Below are positions 38,313-46,216 of a stretch of DNA of 64,000 nucleotides, piece by piece. Each line of letters starts with the position of its first letter. The stretch's first letter is position 1. The stretch is from an uncultured Candidatus Binatia bacterium (GTDB taxonomy: Bacteria; Desulfobacterota; Binatia; Bin18): positions 1,952,001 to 2,016,000 of the forward strand of contig OZ241744.1 in the NCBI GenBank assembly GCA_965200965.1, read 5' to 3'. The position numbers were made by a program, and so were the translations under genes. The notes under the pieces were generated by a model. The model was not told the DNA's origin. It saw nothing but the letters and a program-made list of their open reading frames with translations, and searched no databases.

Positions 38313-39613
38313 ACATGGGCCGACTTGTGTACAACTGTGTCCTGACCCTGGGCGGCCTGCTGATCCTGCCGTTCATCGGCTTGACCCTGCTGGTCCGCCC
38401 GCGCTACCGTTTGGGTCTGGCGCAACGGCTGAGCTGTCTGCCGGCTGCCGTCACCCGTCGCCTAGGAGCCGGGCCGGTGGTGTGGCTGCACGCCCCGTCG
38501 GTGGGTGAGAGCCTAGCCACCCGGCCCTTTGTGCAGGGGCTGAAAGCCCAGTTTCCCGACGCCAGCGTGGTGCTCTCGGTCCTGACCCCGACGGCCTACC
38601 GGCTGGCCAGCAGCCGGCTGCCAGAGGCCGACGCGGTGATCTACTTCCCGCTTGACCATCCGCTGTGTGTCAGACATACGGTAGAGCAACTCCGGCCACG
38701 GGTCTTTTTTTTTACAGAAACCGAAATATGGCCCAACTGTCTGTCTGTGCTCATCCGGCAGGGCATCCCGGCCATCCTGGTCAGCGGCCGGTTCTCGGCC
38801 CGGGCCGCGCGCCGCTACGGTGTGTTGCGGCCCGTGTTTGCGCCCGTGTTTCGGACGCTGAGCCTGTGCTGTATGCAGACCCGAGCCGATGCCGAGCGCC
38901 TGATCGCCGCCGGAGCTCCCCGGCCGCGGGTTGTGGTGACCGGCAATTTCAAGGTGGACGGCAGTGTCCGGGCCGACGACCGGGGCACGGCCATCCTGGG
39001 CCAGCTCGGCCTAGCCGACCGACCGGTCCTGATAGCGGCCAGCACCCACCGGGGAGAAGAGGCGGTCGCGCTTGACGCCTACCGCCGGCTGCGGGCCGAT
39101 ATTGCCGAACTGCTGCTGCTGCTCGCCCCACGCTATCCGCAGCGTTTTGCCGAGGTCGAGAGTCTGCTGACCACAGCCTGCCTGAGCTATGCCAAACGGA
39201 GCCAGCCCGAGCCGCCCAGCGGTCCGGCTGTCGGCGTGTTGCTACTTGACAGCCTGGGGGAGCTGGCCTCGTTTTACTCGGCCGCGGCGGTCGTCTTTGT
39301 CGGTGGCAGTCTGGTCAAAGGACCGGGCGGACACAGTGTCATTGAACCGGCCCTGGCCCAGGTGCCGGTGTTGTTCGGGCCATATACCCGCAATTTTAGC
39401 TCGGTCGTTAAAGCGCTCAAACGGACCGGCGGGGGGGTCGAGGTGACAGATGCGGCCAGTCTGGCCCAGGCCGCGCTGCCCCTGCTCAAAGAGCCGGCGC
39501 TGAGTCAAGAGGCCGGCGGGCGGGCATATGCGGCTGTGGAGCAGGAGCGCGGCGCGGTTGAGCGGACCCTGGCGGCCATCGGCGAACGGCAGCTCGGGCC
39601 CGTGGCGGGGTGA
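38309..39613 (+). CDS. waaA: Kdo transferase
   Basis: WLHAPSVGE, ETEIWPN, GNFK, ASTHRGE, FVGGSL, GGHS..EPA. Confidence 0.93.
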   Translation: MNMGRLVYNCVLTLGGLLILPFIGLTLLVRPRYRLGLAQRLSCLPAAVTRRLGAGPVVWLHAPSVGESLATRPFVQGLKAQFPDASVVLSVLTPTAYRLASSRLPEADAVIYFPLDHPLCVRHTVEQLRPRVFFFTETEIWPNCLSVLIRQGIPAILVSGRFSARAARRYGVLRPVFAPVFRTLSLCCMQTRADAERLIAAGAPRPRVVVTGNFKVDGSVRADDRGTAILGQLGLADRPVLIAASTHRGEEAVALDAYRRLRADIAELLLLLAPRYPQRFAEVESLLTTACLSYAKRSQPEPPSGPAVGVLLLDSLGELASFYSAAAVVFVGGSLVKGPGGHSVIEPALAQVPVLFGPYTRNFSSVVKALKRTGGGVEVTDAASLAQAALPLLKEPALSQEAGGRAYAAVEQERGAVERTLAAIGERQLGPVAG

Positions 39614-39619
39614 GCGGAC

Positions 39620-40696
39620 ATGGCGAACCTCAAGCGCGTCATCCACGCCATCTGGCAGCACCGGCAGCCCTGGAGTTGGCTCGTATGGCTGTCGCTGACC
39701 CCGTTTGCGTTCGGCTTTTCGGGGCTTGTCCGGGTGCGGAACAGGCTGTACGACTGGCGGCTGCTGCCGGTCCGGCAGCCGGCCGCCAGGGTGATCAGCG
39801 TCGGCAATCTGACCGTCGGCGGCAGCGGCAAGACCCCGTTTGTGCTGTGGCTGGCCCAGGCCCTCCAGGGTCGCACGAACTGGCGCATCGCCATCCTGAC
39901 CCGGGGCTATAAGGGCAGATGCTCAGGCCCGACCGCGGTCGGTGCTGGCGGAGAAGTCTGGGCTACGCCGGCCGAGGTCGGGGATGAGGCAGTCATGCTG
40001 GCCCGGACCTTCCCGGGCCTTGTCATTGCCGGAAAAAACCGGCTCGAATCCGCCCAGTTCGCCCGCCGGGAGTTTGGCAGCGAAGTGCTCATCCTGGATG
40101 ACGGCTTCCAACACCGAAAACTCAAACGCGACCTTGACCTGCTGCTCATCGCCGGCCCCCGAGCTGACCCCCAATGGCTCTTGCCGGCAGGCCCCTGGCG
40201 CGAGCCACTGTCGGCCGCCCGGCGGGCCGATATTGTGGTGTGGACCAAGCGGGGGCCGGCACGCCCTGCGCAACGGCCGCAGGGCGTGCCGCCCATCTTC
40301 TTCGGCGATCTCGTGCCTACCGGGCTCGTCGAGTCGCTCCAGGATAGCTGGCGCGAGCTGCCGCTCAGCCTGTTGTCCCATCAACGTGTGCTGGCCGTGG
40401 TCGGCATTGCTGACCCGCTGCCCTTCTATGCCCTGCTGCGGGAACACGATGCCGAGTTGACTGAAGTCGTGTCCTTTCCCGATCACTACACCTATACACA
40501 GGCGGATTGGCGAACTATTGTAGAGGCCGGTCGGAGTTGTGACCTGATTGTCACCACCGAAAAGGACTTGGTCAAATTAGAGCGGTTTCCTTTTCCGGCC
40601 AGTAAACTGGTAGCCCTGCGAGTGCGGATGCAGGTCAGCGGTGCCGACCGCCTGCTGACCAGAATTGAACGCCAACTCCAGACCAAGACGGGATGA
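39620..40696 (+). CDS. lpxK: Tetraacyldisaccharide 4'-kinase
   Basis: SVGNLTVGGSGKTP, GDE, DDGFQH, TTEKD. Confidence 0.95.
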   Translation: MANLKRVIHAIWQHRQPWSWLVWLSLTPFAFGFSGLVRVRNRLYDWRLLPVRQPAARVISVGNLTVGGSGKTPFVLWLAQALQGRTNWRIAILTRGYKGRCSGPTAVGAGGEVWATPAEVGDEAVMLARTFPGLVIAGKNRLESAQFARREFGSEVLILDDGFQHRKLKRDLDLLLIAGPRADPQWLLPAGPWREPLSAARRADIVVWTKRGPARPAQRPQGVPPIFFGDLVPTGLVESLQDSWRELPLSLLSHQRVLAVVGIADPLPFYALLREHDAELTEVVSFPDHYTYTQADWRTIVEAGRSCDLIVTTEKDLVKLERFPFPASKLVALRVRMQVSGADRLLTRIERQLQTKTG

Positions 40697-40697
40697 T

Positions 40698-41432
40698 ATG
40701 GCCGCGCCGTTCCTCATCAAAGCGGTGACCGATCTCCTGGCCGATGTCCCCGCGGCGGGGCAGCAGCTGTTGGATGTGAGCTGTAAAGAGGGTGAGGTCT
40801 TGCGCGTCCTGCGGTCGCGCGGCTTTGTCCTGCGCGGGACAAACTTCGAGCCGAGCGGCCCCGGCCTCGGCGACATTCCGGTTGATTATGGGGTTGATCT
40901 GCGCCACTCCCTGCCGTATGACGACGCCAGCTTTGATGTGCTCCTGCTGGTTGAGGTGATTGAGCATCTGGAGAACCACCGGCTGGCCCTGACCGAACTG
41001 GCCCGCATCCTCAAGCCGGGCGGGCGGCTTATCCTGACCACCCCCAACATCATGCGCCTCAACTCGCGGCTGCATTTTTTTCTCAGCGGCTATCATAAGA
41101 CCAAGCGCCGCTTTATCCCGTTCGATACGTCGCTTGAGGACGCCCATCGTTTTCATAACTACCCGATTGATCTGCCAATTCTGTATTATCTGGGGAAACA
41201 GAACGGCCTGGAAATCGAACGCCTCGGCAGCAGCAAAGTCAAGGGCTACTCACGCCTGCTGTGGGCCGTGTTCGGCCTGCCGATTGTGGCCTATACTTGG
41301 TACACCCTCCAGTTGCGGGAAAAGAACCCACGCCAACAGCGCGAAAACAAACGCCTCCAGTCCTGGCTCGTCCACCCGCGGGTGATGCTGGAGGATAATC
41401 TGGTCGTGCGCTTTCGCAAGGCGGCCGGCTAA
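40698..41432 (+). CDS. Class I SAM-dependent methyltransferase (Methyltransf_11-like)
   Basis: LLDVSCKEG, LPYDDASFD, EVIEHL, RILKPGG..TTPN. Confidence 0.85.
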   Translation: MAAPFLIKAVTDLLADVPAAGQQLLDVSCKEGEVLRVLRSRGFVLRGTNFEPSGPGLGDIPVDYGVDLRHSLPYDDASFDVLLLVEVIEHLENHRLALTELARILKPGGRLILTTPNIMRLNSRLHFFLSGYHKTKRRFIPFDTSLEDAHRFHNYPIDLPILYYLGKQNGLEIERLGSSKVKGYSRLLWAVFGLPIVAYTWYTLQLREKNPRQQRENKRLQSWLVHPRVMLEDNLVVRFRKAAG

Positions 41433-41454
41433 GCCAGTGTTCAGGTCTCTCCCC

Positions 41455-42513
41455 ATGCCGCTCCCCATTCACCCCCGCCTGCTCGTCGCTCAAACCGGGT
41501 TTCTGGGTGACACGGTTCTGACCACGCCGCTGCTCAGTGCGCTGCGCCGCACCCTCGCCCCGGCGTCTGTGAGCGTCCTGACCACGCCGCAGGCCGCGCC
41601 GCTGTTGGCCCACCACCCGGATGTGGACGCGGTCGTGGTCGATGCCAAGCGGACGCGCGGACGCGGGTCTGGCGGGCTGCTCCATACTGCCCGGCGGATC
41701 AGACGGCGGGGCTTTGACTTGGCCGTCGCCCCCCATAAATCGCTGCGTACCGCCCTCGTCCTGGCCCTGGCCGGCATCCCCTGCCGGGTCGGTTTCCGGC
41801 AGAGTCCGGGCTGGTTTTTGTACCACCGGACCGCGGTCCGGGATAGCCGCGTCCACGAGGTCAAACGCATCTTGAGCCTGCTGCGTGTCTTTGGTCTGGA
41901 CCCTCGGCAGTATGCGAGCCGCCCGCGGGTGAGCTATGGCGAGGCCGCCCGGCAAAAGGCGCAGGCGCTGCTCAAACGCCATCGGCTTGACAGCCCGCAG
42001 CCGCTTTTTCTCGTCTGCCCCGGCTCGGTCTGGTTCACCAAACGGTGGACGGTTGAGGGCTATGCCGGCCTAGTCCAAGCCCTGGAGCGGGACTACGGCA
42101 GGGTGCTCATCTGCGGGGGGCCTGACGACCGGGCCGTCACCCAGGCTGTTCAGCGCCGGGCCGGCGGACGCGGGCTGGACCTAGCCGGACAGGCCGACCT
42201 GCAAACCTTTGTCGCGCTCCTTGACCGGGCCCGCGTCGTGGTCAGCAACGACAGCGCGCCCATGCACTTGGCGGTCGCGCGGGGCGTGCCGGTGGTCGCC
42301 ATTTTTTGCGCGACCACGCCGAGCCTGGGATACGGCCCCTACAGTCCGCCTTCGGTCATCGTTGAGCACCAAGCGCTGGCGTGTCGTCCGTGTGAGCGAC
42401 ACGGCGGACCGCGCTGTCCGCGCCAGACAGAAGCCTGTATGCGCCTAGTCAGCGTCCACGATGTCCTGGCCGGCGTCGATCGACTGCTGAGCGCCTCCCA
42501 TGCCACAGCCTGA
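41455..42513 (+). CDS. waaF: LPS heptosyltransferase (GT9, WaaF-like)
   Basis: FLGD, PGSVWFTKRW, SNDSAPMHLA, CRPC...C. Confidence 0.8.
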   Translation: MPLPIHPRLLVAQTGFLGDTVLTTPLLSALRRTLAPASVSVLTTPQAAPLLAHHPDVDAVVVDAKRTRGRGSGGLLHTARRIRRRGFDLAVAPHKSLRTALVLALAGIPCRVGFRQSPGWFLYHRTAVRDSRVHEVKRILSLLRVFGLDPRQYASRPRVSYGEAARQKAQALLKRHRLDSPQPLFLVCPGSVWFTKRWTVEGYAGLVQALERDYGRVLICGGPDDRAVTQAVQRRAGGRGLDLAGQADLQTFVALLDRARVVVSNDSAPMHLAVARGVPVVAIFCATTPSLGYGPYSPPSVIVEHQALACRPCERHGGPRCPRQTEACMRLVSVHDVLAGVDRLLSASHATA

Positions 42514-42769
42514 ACCATCGCTGAGCGAACGATTTGAGGCCCTGAATGAGGCGACCTCACGCCGGGCGGCCCAGCTTGCCGCGCAGGGCAAAACCGCCCA
42601 CCTGTGGGCCATCGTATGTACGCCGGGGCTGGTCTTTCTCCGATCCTATGTCTGGCGGGGCGGCTGGCGACACGGTATGGCGGGATTTGTCGAGGCGCTG
42701 TTTGCCGCCTATGAGGTGTTTGTGAGTCGGTTCAAGTTGTGGGAACTCCACCAAGCCCAGAAGCCCTAG
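42500..42769 (+). CDS. Small protein resembling the C-terminal helical region of KdtX/WaaE-type GT2 glycosyltransferases
   Basis: FLRSYVWRGGWRHGMAGF...KLWE pattern with no GT2 catalytic domain. Confidence 0.55.
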   Translation: MPQPEPSLSERFEALNEATSRRAAQLAAQGKTAHLWAIVCTPGLVFLRSYVWRGGWRHGMAGFVEALFAAYEVFVSRFKLWELHQAQKP

Positions 42770-42795
42770 ACCGGCCGTCAGTGCGCGTTATCCCG

Positions 42796-43569
42796 ATGGT
42801 GTTTCGCCAGCTTCAGCCGCCGCGCGAGTTTGTCGCACAGCGCTCGGACCACCGGTTGTGCTGGCTGAAAGTCGGCTGGGAAGAGACGATCCGGACGGCG
42901 CTGGCCGGCCGGCCCGAAGCCGGTCCGGCCGCGGTGCAGGGCGGGCGGGGGCAGTTGCTCCGGGTGGCGCTTGGCGAGCGTGGCAGTCTGCTCATCCGCC
43001 ACTACCGCCGCGGCGGCTTCATCCGCCACTTGGTGCGCGATACCTATTGGGATCAGCCGCCGCGTCCCTTGGCCGAGTTATCCGTCACCCAGTTCGCCCG
43101 CCGGTGTGGGGTTCCGACCGGCGAGGTCCTTGGCGCGTGGGTCGGCTGGCGGTCTTTTGGCCTGTACCGCGGCGCGCTGATTTCCCGGGCCGCGGACGGC
43201 TACACCAACTGGTGGGCTTGGCTGACGACGCGGCCCAGCTTCCCCCAACGCCGGCGGGTTGTCCTGGCGGTCGCCGGCGCTCTTGCCCGCCTGCACGCGG
43301 TGGGCATACAGCACGCCGACCTCAACCTGACCAATGTCCTGGTCCGTGTTGAGACCGAGACGCCGGCGGTCTTGCTCATCGACTTTGATCGGGCGCACAT
43401 CTTCCCGGCACCACTCCCAGCCCGCCGTTGCCGGCACAACCTGCGCCGGCTGCGCCGTTCGATCAACAAGCTTGACCCCCACGGGCAGTATGTTTCAGCT
43501 CAGGAGTTCGGCCTGTTGCTGAGCGCCTACCACCGGCGGCGGGCAGGCTCGGACCGTCACGGCGGCTGA
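42796..43569 (+). CDS. Kdo/LPS kinase (KdkA/InaA family)
   Basis: GGRG, RHYRRGG, HADLNLTN, LIDFDR, NLRRLRRS. Confidence 0.85.
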   Translation: MVFRQLQPPREFVAQRSDHRLCWLKVGWEETIRTALAGRPEAGPAAVQGGRGQLLRVALGERGSLLIRHYRRGGFIRHLVRDTYWDQPPRPLAELSVTQFARRCGVPTGEVLGAWVGWRSFGLYRGALISRAADGYTNWWAWLTTRPSFPQRRRVVLAVAGALARLHAVGIQHADLNLTNVLVRVETETPAVLLIDFDRAHIFPAPLPARRCRHNLRRLRRSINKLDPHGQYVSAQEFGLLLSAYHRRRAGSDRHGG

Positions 43570-44386
43570 ACGCATTTGCCAGGGCGGCAAAGTCTTCCAG
43601 ACCGAGGGTTTCTCCACGACGCCGCAGGTCGAGCTTGAGCTGGGCCGCAACGCCCTCGGGCGCTGAAAACCCGGCTGCGCAAAGCGCATTGCGCAGCGTC
43701 TTGCGCCGCTGGGCAAAAGCGGCTTTGACCACGCGCCTGAACATGGCCGAGTCGTGGACCGCGGCCCGAGGCTGGGTGTGAAAGACCAGTTTGATGAGTT
43801 GAGAGTAGACTTTGGGGGCCGGGAAGAAGCTGCGGGGGCCGACCGTACAGACCAGCGTAACATCGGCGTACAACTGCATCAGCACCGACAGCGCCCCATA
43901 CGCCTTTGTGCCCGGTCCGGCACCGACCCGTTCGGCAACTTCTTTTTGAAGCATCACCGTCGCTTCGGGAAAGCGGGTACGATGTTCGAGCAGACGAAAG
44001 AGAATAGGGGTGGCCACCTGGTAGGGCAGGCTGGCCACAACCCGGATGGGAGCATGAGAAAAGGCGTGCGCCACATCGAGTTTCAAAAAGTCGTCCTCCA
44101 CAACCCGGACCGTATTACAGCCGGCAAAGCGCTGGGCCAAGTGCTGGGCCAAGACCCGGTCAACCTCAACCAGATAGAGATGGACGCCACTCTCCAGCAG
44201 CGCCTCGGAGACAGCGCCTAGTCCGGGTCCGATCTCCAGGACGGCGGTGTCTGGAGCCAACTCCGCGGCTTGGACCATGCGCCGCACAAGGTCGGCATCA
44301 ACAAGAAAATGCTGACCGAGCCGCCGGTGGGTGCGGACGTTCAACGCACGCAGGACAGAGCGCGTTTGCTGGAGCAGGCTGGACAT
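43463..44386 (-). CDS. rsmA: 16S rRNA m6,2A dimethyltransferase
   Basis: GQHFL, EIGPGLG, SLPY, QKEVAER, QRRKTLRN. Confidence 0.93.
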   Translation of the reverse strand: MSSLLQQTRSVLRALNVRTHRRLGQHFLVDADLVRRMVQAAELAPDTAVLEIGPGLGAVSEALLESGVHLYLVEVDRVLAQHLAQRFAGCNTVRVVEDDFLKLDVAHAFSHAPIRVVASLPYQVATPILFRLLEHRTRFPEATVMLQKEVAERVGAGPGTKAYGALSVLMQLYADVTLVCTVGPRSFFPAPKVYSQLIKLVFHTQPRAAVHDSAMFRRVVKAAFAQRRKTLRNALCAAGFSAPEGVAAQLKLDLRRRGETLGLEDFAALANAFSRRDGPSLPAAGGRRSATGRTPELKHTARGGQAC

Positions 44387-44422
44387 AGGCGGAGAGGGGC
44401 CTGTCTTTCAGCGCCGAGCGGC

Positions 44423-45433
44423 CTACAGGCGGAGGGTGGCCGCGGCGTTCAGATTGAGGCCGGCGCGCTGTCCGTCGGCCAGACGCCACGCCCCGGCAAA
44501 GGCGATCATTACCGCGTTATCTGTACACAGCGGAAGCGACGGGACCACGACCTCGAGGCCACGCCGTTCACCTTCGTCCCTCATCCGTTGCCGCAGGCGG
44601 GAGTTGGCCGACACCCCGCCCGAGACCACGACCTGCTTGAGGCCGAGGTCTCGGGCCGCGCGTAGGGTCGGCTCCAGTAACATATCGACCACGGCTTCCT
44701 GATAGCTGGCGGCAATATCGGCCTCGGCCAAGGTTTTGGGCCGGGGGGTCTGAAGAAACTGGCGCAGGGCGGTCTTCAGGCCGCTGAAACTGAAATCGTA
44801 CTTGCCCTCTTTCAGGTGGGCGCGGGGAAAGGCAAAAGCCGCGGGATCGCCGCGCTGCGCCAGCCGGTCAATAATGCGTCCGCCGGGATAGCCGAAGCCC
44901 AGCATCTTGGCGGCTTTATCGAGGGCCTCGCCGGCAGCGTCATCGCGGGTTGCGCCGAGCCGGTCGTAGGCTCCGGGGGCCCGCGCGTTGTACAGACAAG
45001 TATGGCCGCCGGAGGCCAGCAGACACACAAAGGGGAAAGCCAGATTGTGCTCAAGCAGAACGGCCAGCAGATGCCCCTCCAGGTGGTTGACCCCGACGAA
45101 CGGCAGCGCGTGGGCAAAGGCCAAGGCTTTGGCAAACGACAGGCCGACCAGAAGAGAGCCGATCAGGCCCGGTCCACAGGTGACGGCGATCCCGTCGAGA
45201 TCCTCTATGCTCACCTCGGCCTGCCGAAGGGCGGAGTCCACAACCGGGACGATATTGGCGGTGTGGTGGCGCGAGGCGAGTTCTGGCACAATGCCCCCAT
45301 ACCGGCTGTGGACGGCGTCTTGGGAGGACACCACGCTGGCCAGGACATGCCGGTGTCCCTGCACAACCGCGGCCGCGGTGTCATCGCAGGAGGTCTCTAT
45401 GCCCAGTACCGTCAGTGGGGGTGTGGAGAACAT
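44423..45433 (-). CDS. tsaD: tRNA N6-threonylcarbamoyltransferase TsaD
   Basis: GIETSCDDT, PELASR, HLEGH, SGGH, DDAAGE, CTDNA. Confidence 0.95.
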   Translation of the reverse strand: MFSTPPLTVLGIETSCDDTAAAVVQGHRHVLASVVSSQDAVHSRYGGIVPELASRHHTANIVPVVDSALRQAEVSIEDLDGIAVTCGPGLIGSLLVGLSFAKALAFAHALPFVGVNHLEGHLLAVLLEHNLAFPFVCLLASGGHTCLYNARAPGAYDRLGATRDDAAGEALDKAAKMLGFGYPGGRIIDRLAQRGDPAAFAFPRAHLKEGKYDFSFSGLKTALRQFLQTPRPKTLAEADIAASYQEAVVDMLLEPTLRAARDLGLKQVVVSGGVSANSRLRQRMRDEGERRGLEVVVPSLPLCTDNAVMIAFAGAWRLADGQRAGLNLNAAATLRL

Positions 45434-46208
45434 CTGGTTGGGGAGGGCCGGGCGCAAACACCGGCTCGGGTTGGGGCAAACGGGCCAGGGCCGTTACGGC
45501 CTGGAGATTACCCGGGGTAAAACGGAGACAGCGTTGGTAGGCCGAGCGGGCTTCCTGAATATCCCCGAGGTCCTCAGCCACCTGTCCGCGTAAACAGGTG
45601 GTTTCGCCGATCCAGTCGGGACGCGTCCGGGGGAGCAGCAACTCGGCTTTTTGCAAAAACGCCAGGGCTTGCCGCAACTTGCCCTGGGATAGAGAGAGAC
45701 GACCGAGAAAATGGTAACTGTAGGGCTGAAAGGGGGCGAGGTCAACCGCCCGTTCAAACAGGACCTGGGCCCGCTCAGGCTCTCCCGCTCTGAGGCTGTC
45801 CTCTCCCTCTTTGACAAAACGCAGGGCGGCGCGGTCGCTCGGCGACAGGCCGACGGCCGCGTTGTGTCCCGGTGTGGGGTCCGGTGTCTCGCCCGAGGGG
45901 GACATGTCCCCCTCGGGCTGCGGCAGCGGAGGGGTGTCCCATCTGGGTGGCGGAAGAGGCCGGCCGGGTTGCCAGCCGCCGCCGGGCGGGCGCTCAACAG
46001 GCTGAGCGGCCGGACCGGAAGGGGAGTAGTTCAGGCCGGCGGGGAGGTCTTCCTCGCGGAGCGCTTCGCGCAGCCGGAAGTCGGCCGGCTCGGCCCGGGC
46101 GTGGCGCTTGGCTCCAGAGCACCACACCACACACAGCAGCGCCCACGCGGCCAGATGACGGAAGCCTTGCCAGGGGACATGTTTGGCGCACTTCTTCACG
46201 GTATACAC
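45381..46208 (-). CDS. Tetratricopeptide repeat protein with a Pro-rich linker
   Basis: Three TPR-like helical repeats (FERAVDLAP, YHFLG, AYQRCL..P); downstream of PBP1B. Confidence 0.7.
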   Translation of the reverse strand: MYTVKKCAKHVPWQGFRHLAAWALLCVVWCSGAKRHARAEPADFRLREALREEDLPAGLNYSPSGPAAQPVERPPGGGWQPGRPLPPPRWDTPPLPQPEGDMSPSGETPDPTPGHNAAVGLSPSDRAALRFVKEGEDSLRAGEPERAQVLFERAVDLAPFQPYSYHFLGRLSLSQGKLRQALAFLQKAELLLPRTRPDWIGETTCLRGQVAEDLGDIQEARSAYQRCLRFTPGNLQAVTALARLPQPEPVFAPGPPQPDVLHTPTDGTGHRDLLR

Positions 46209-46216
46209 GACGGGGG

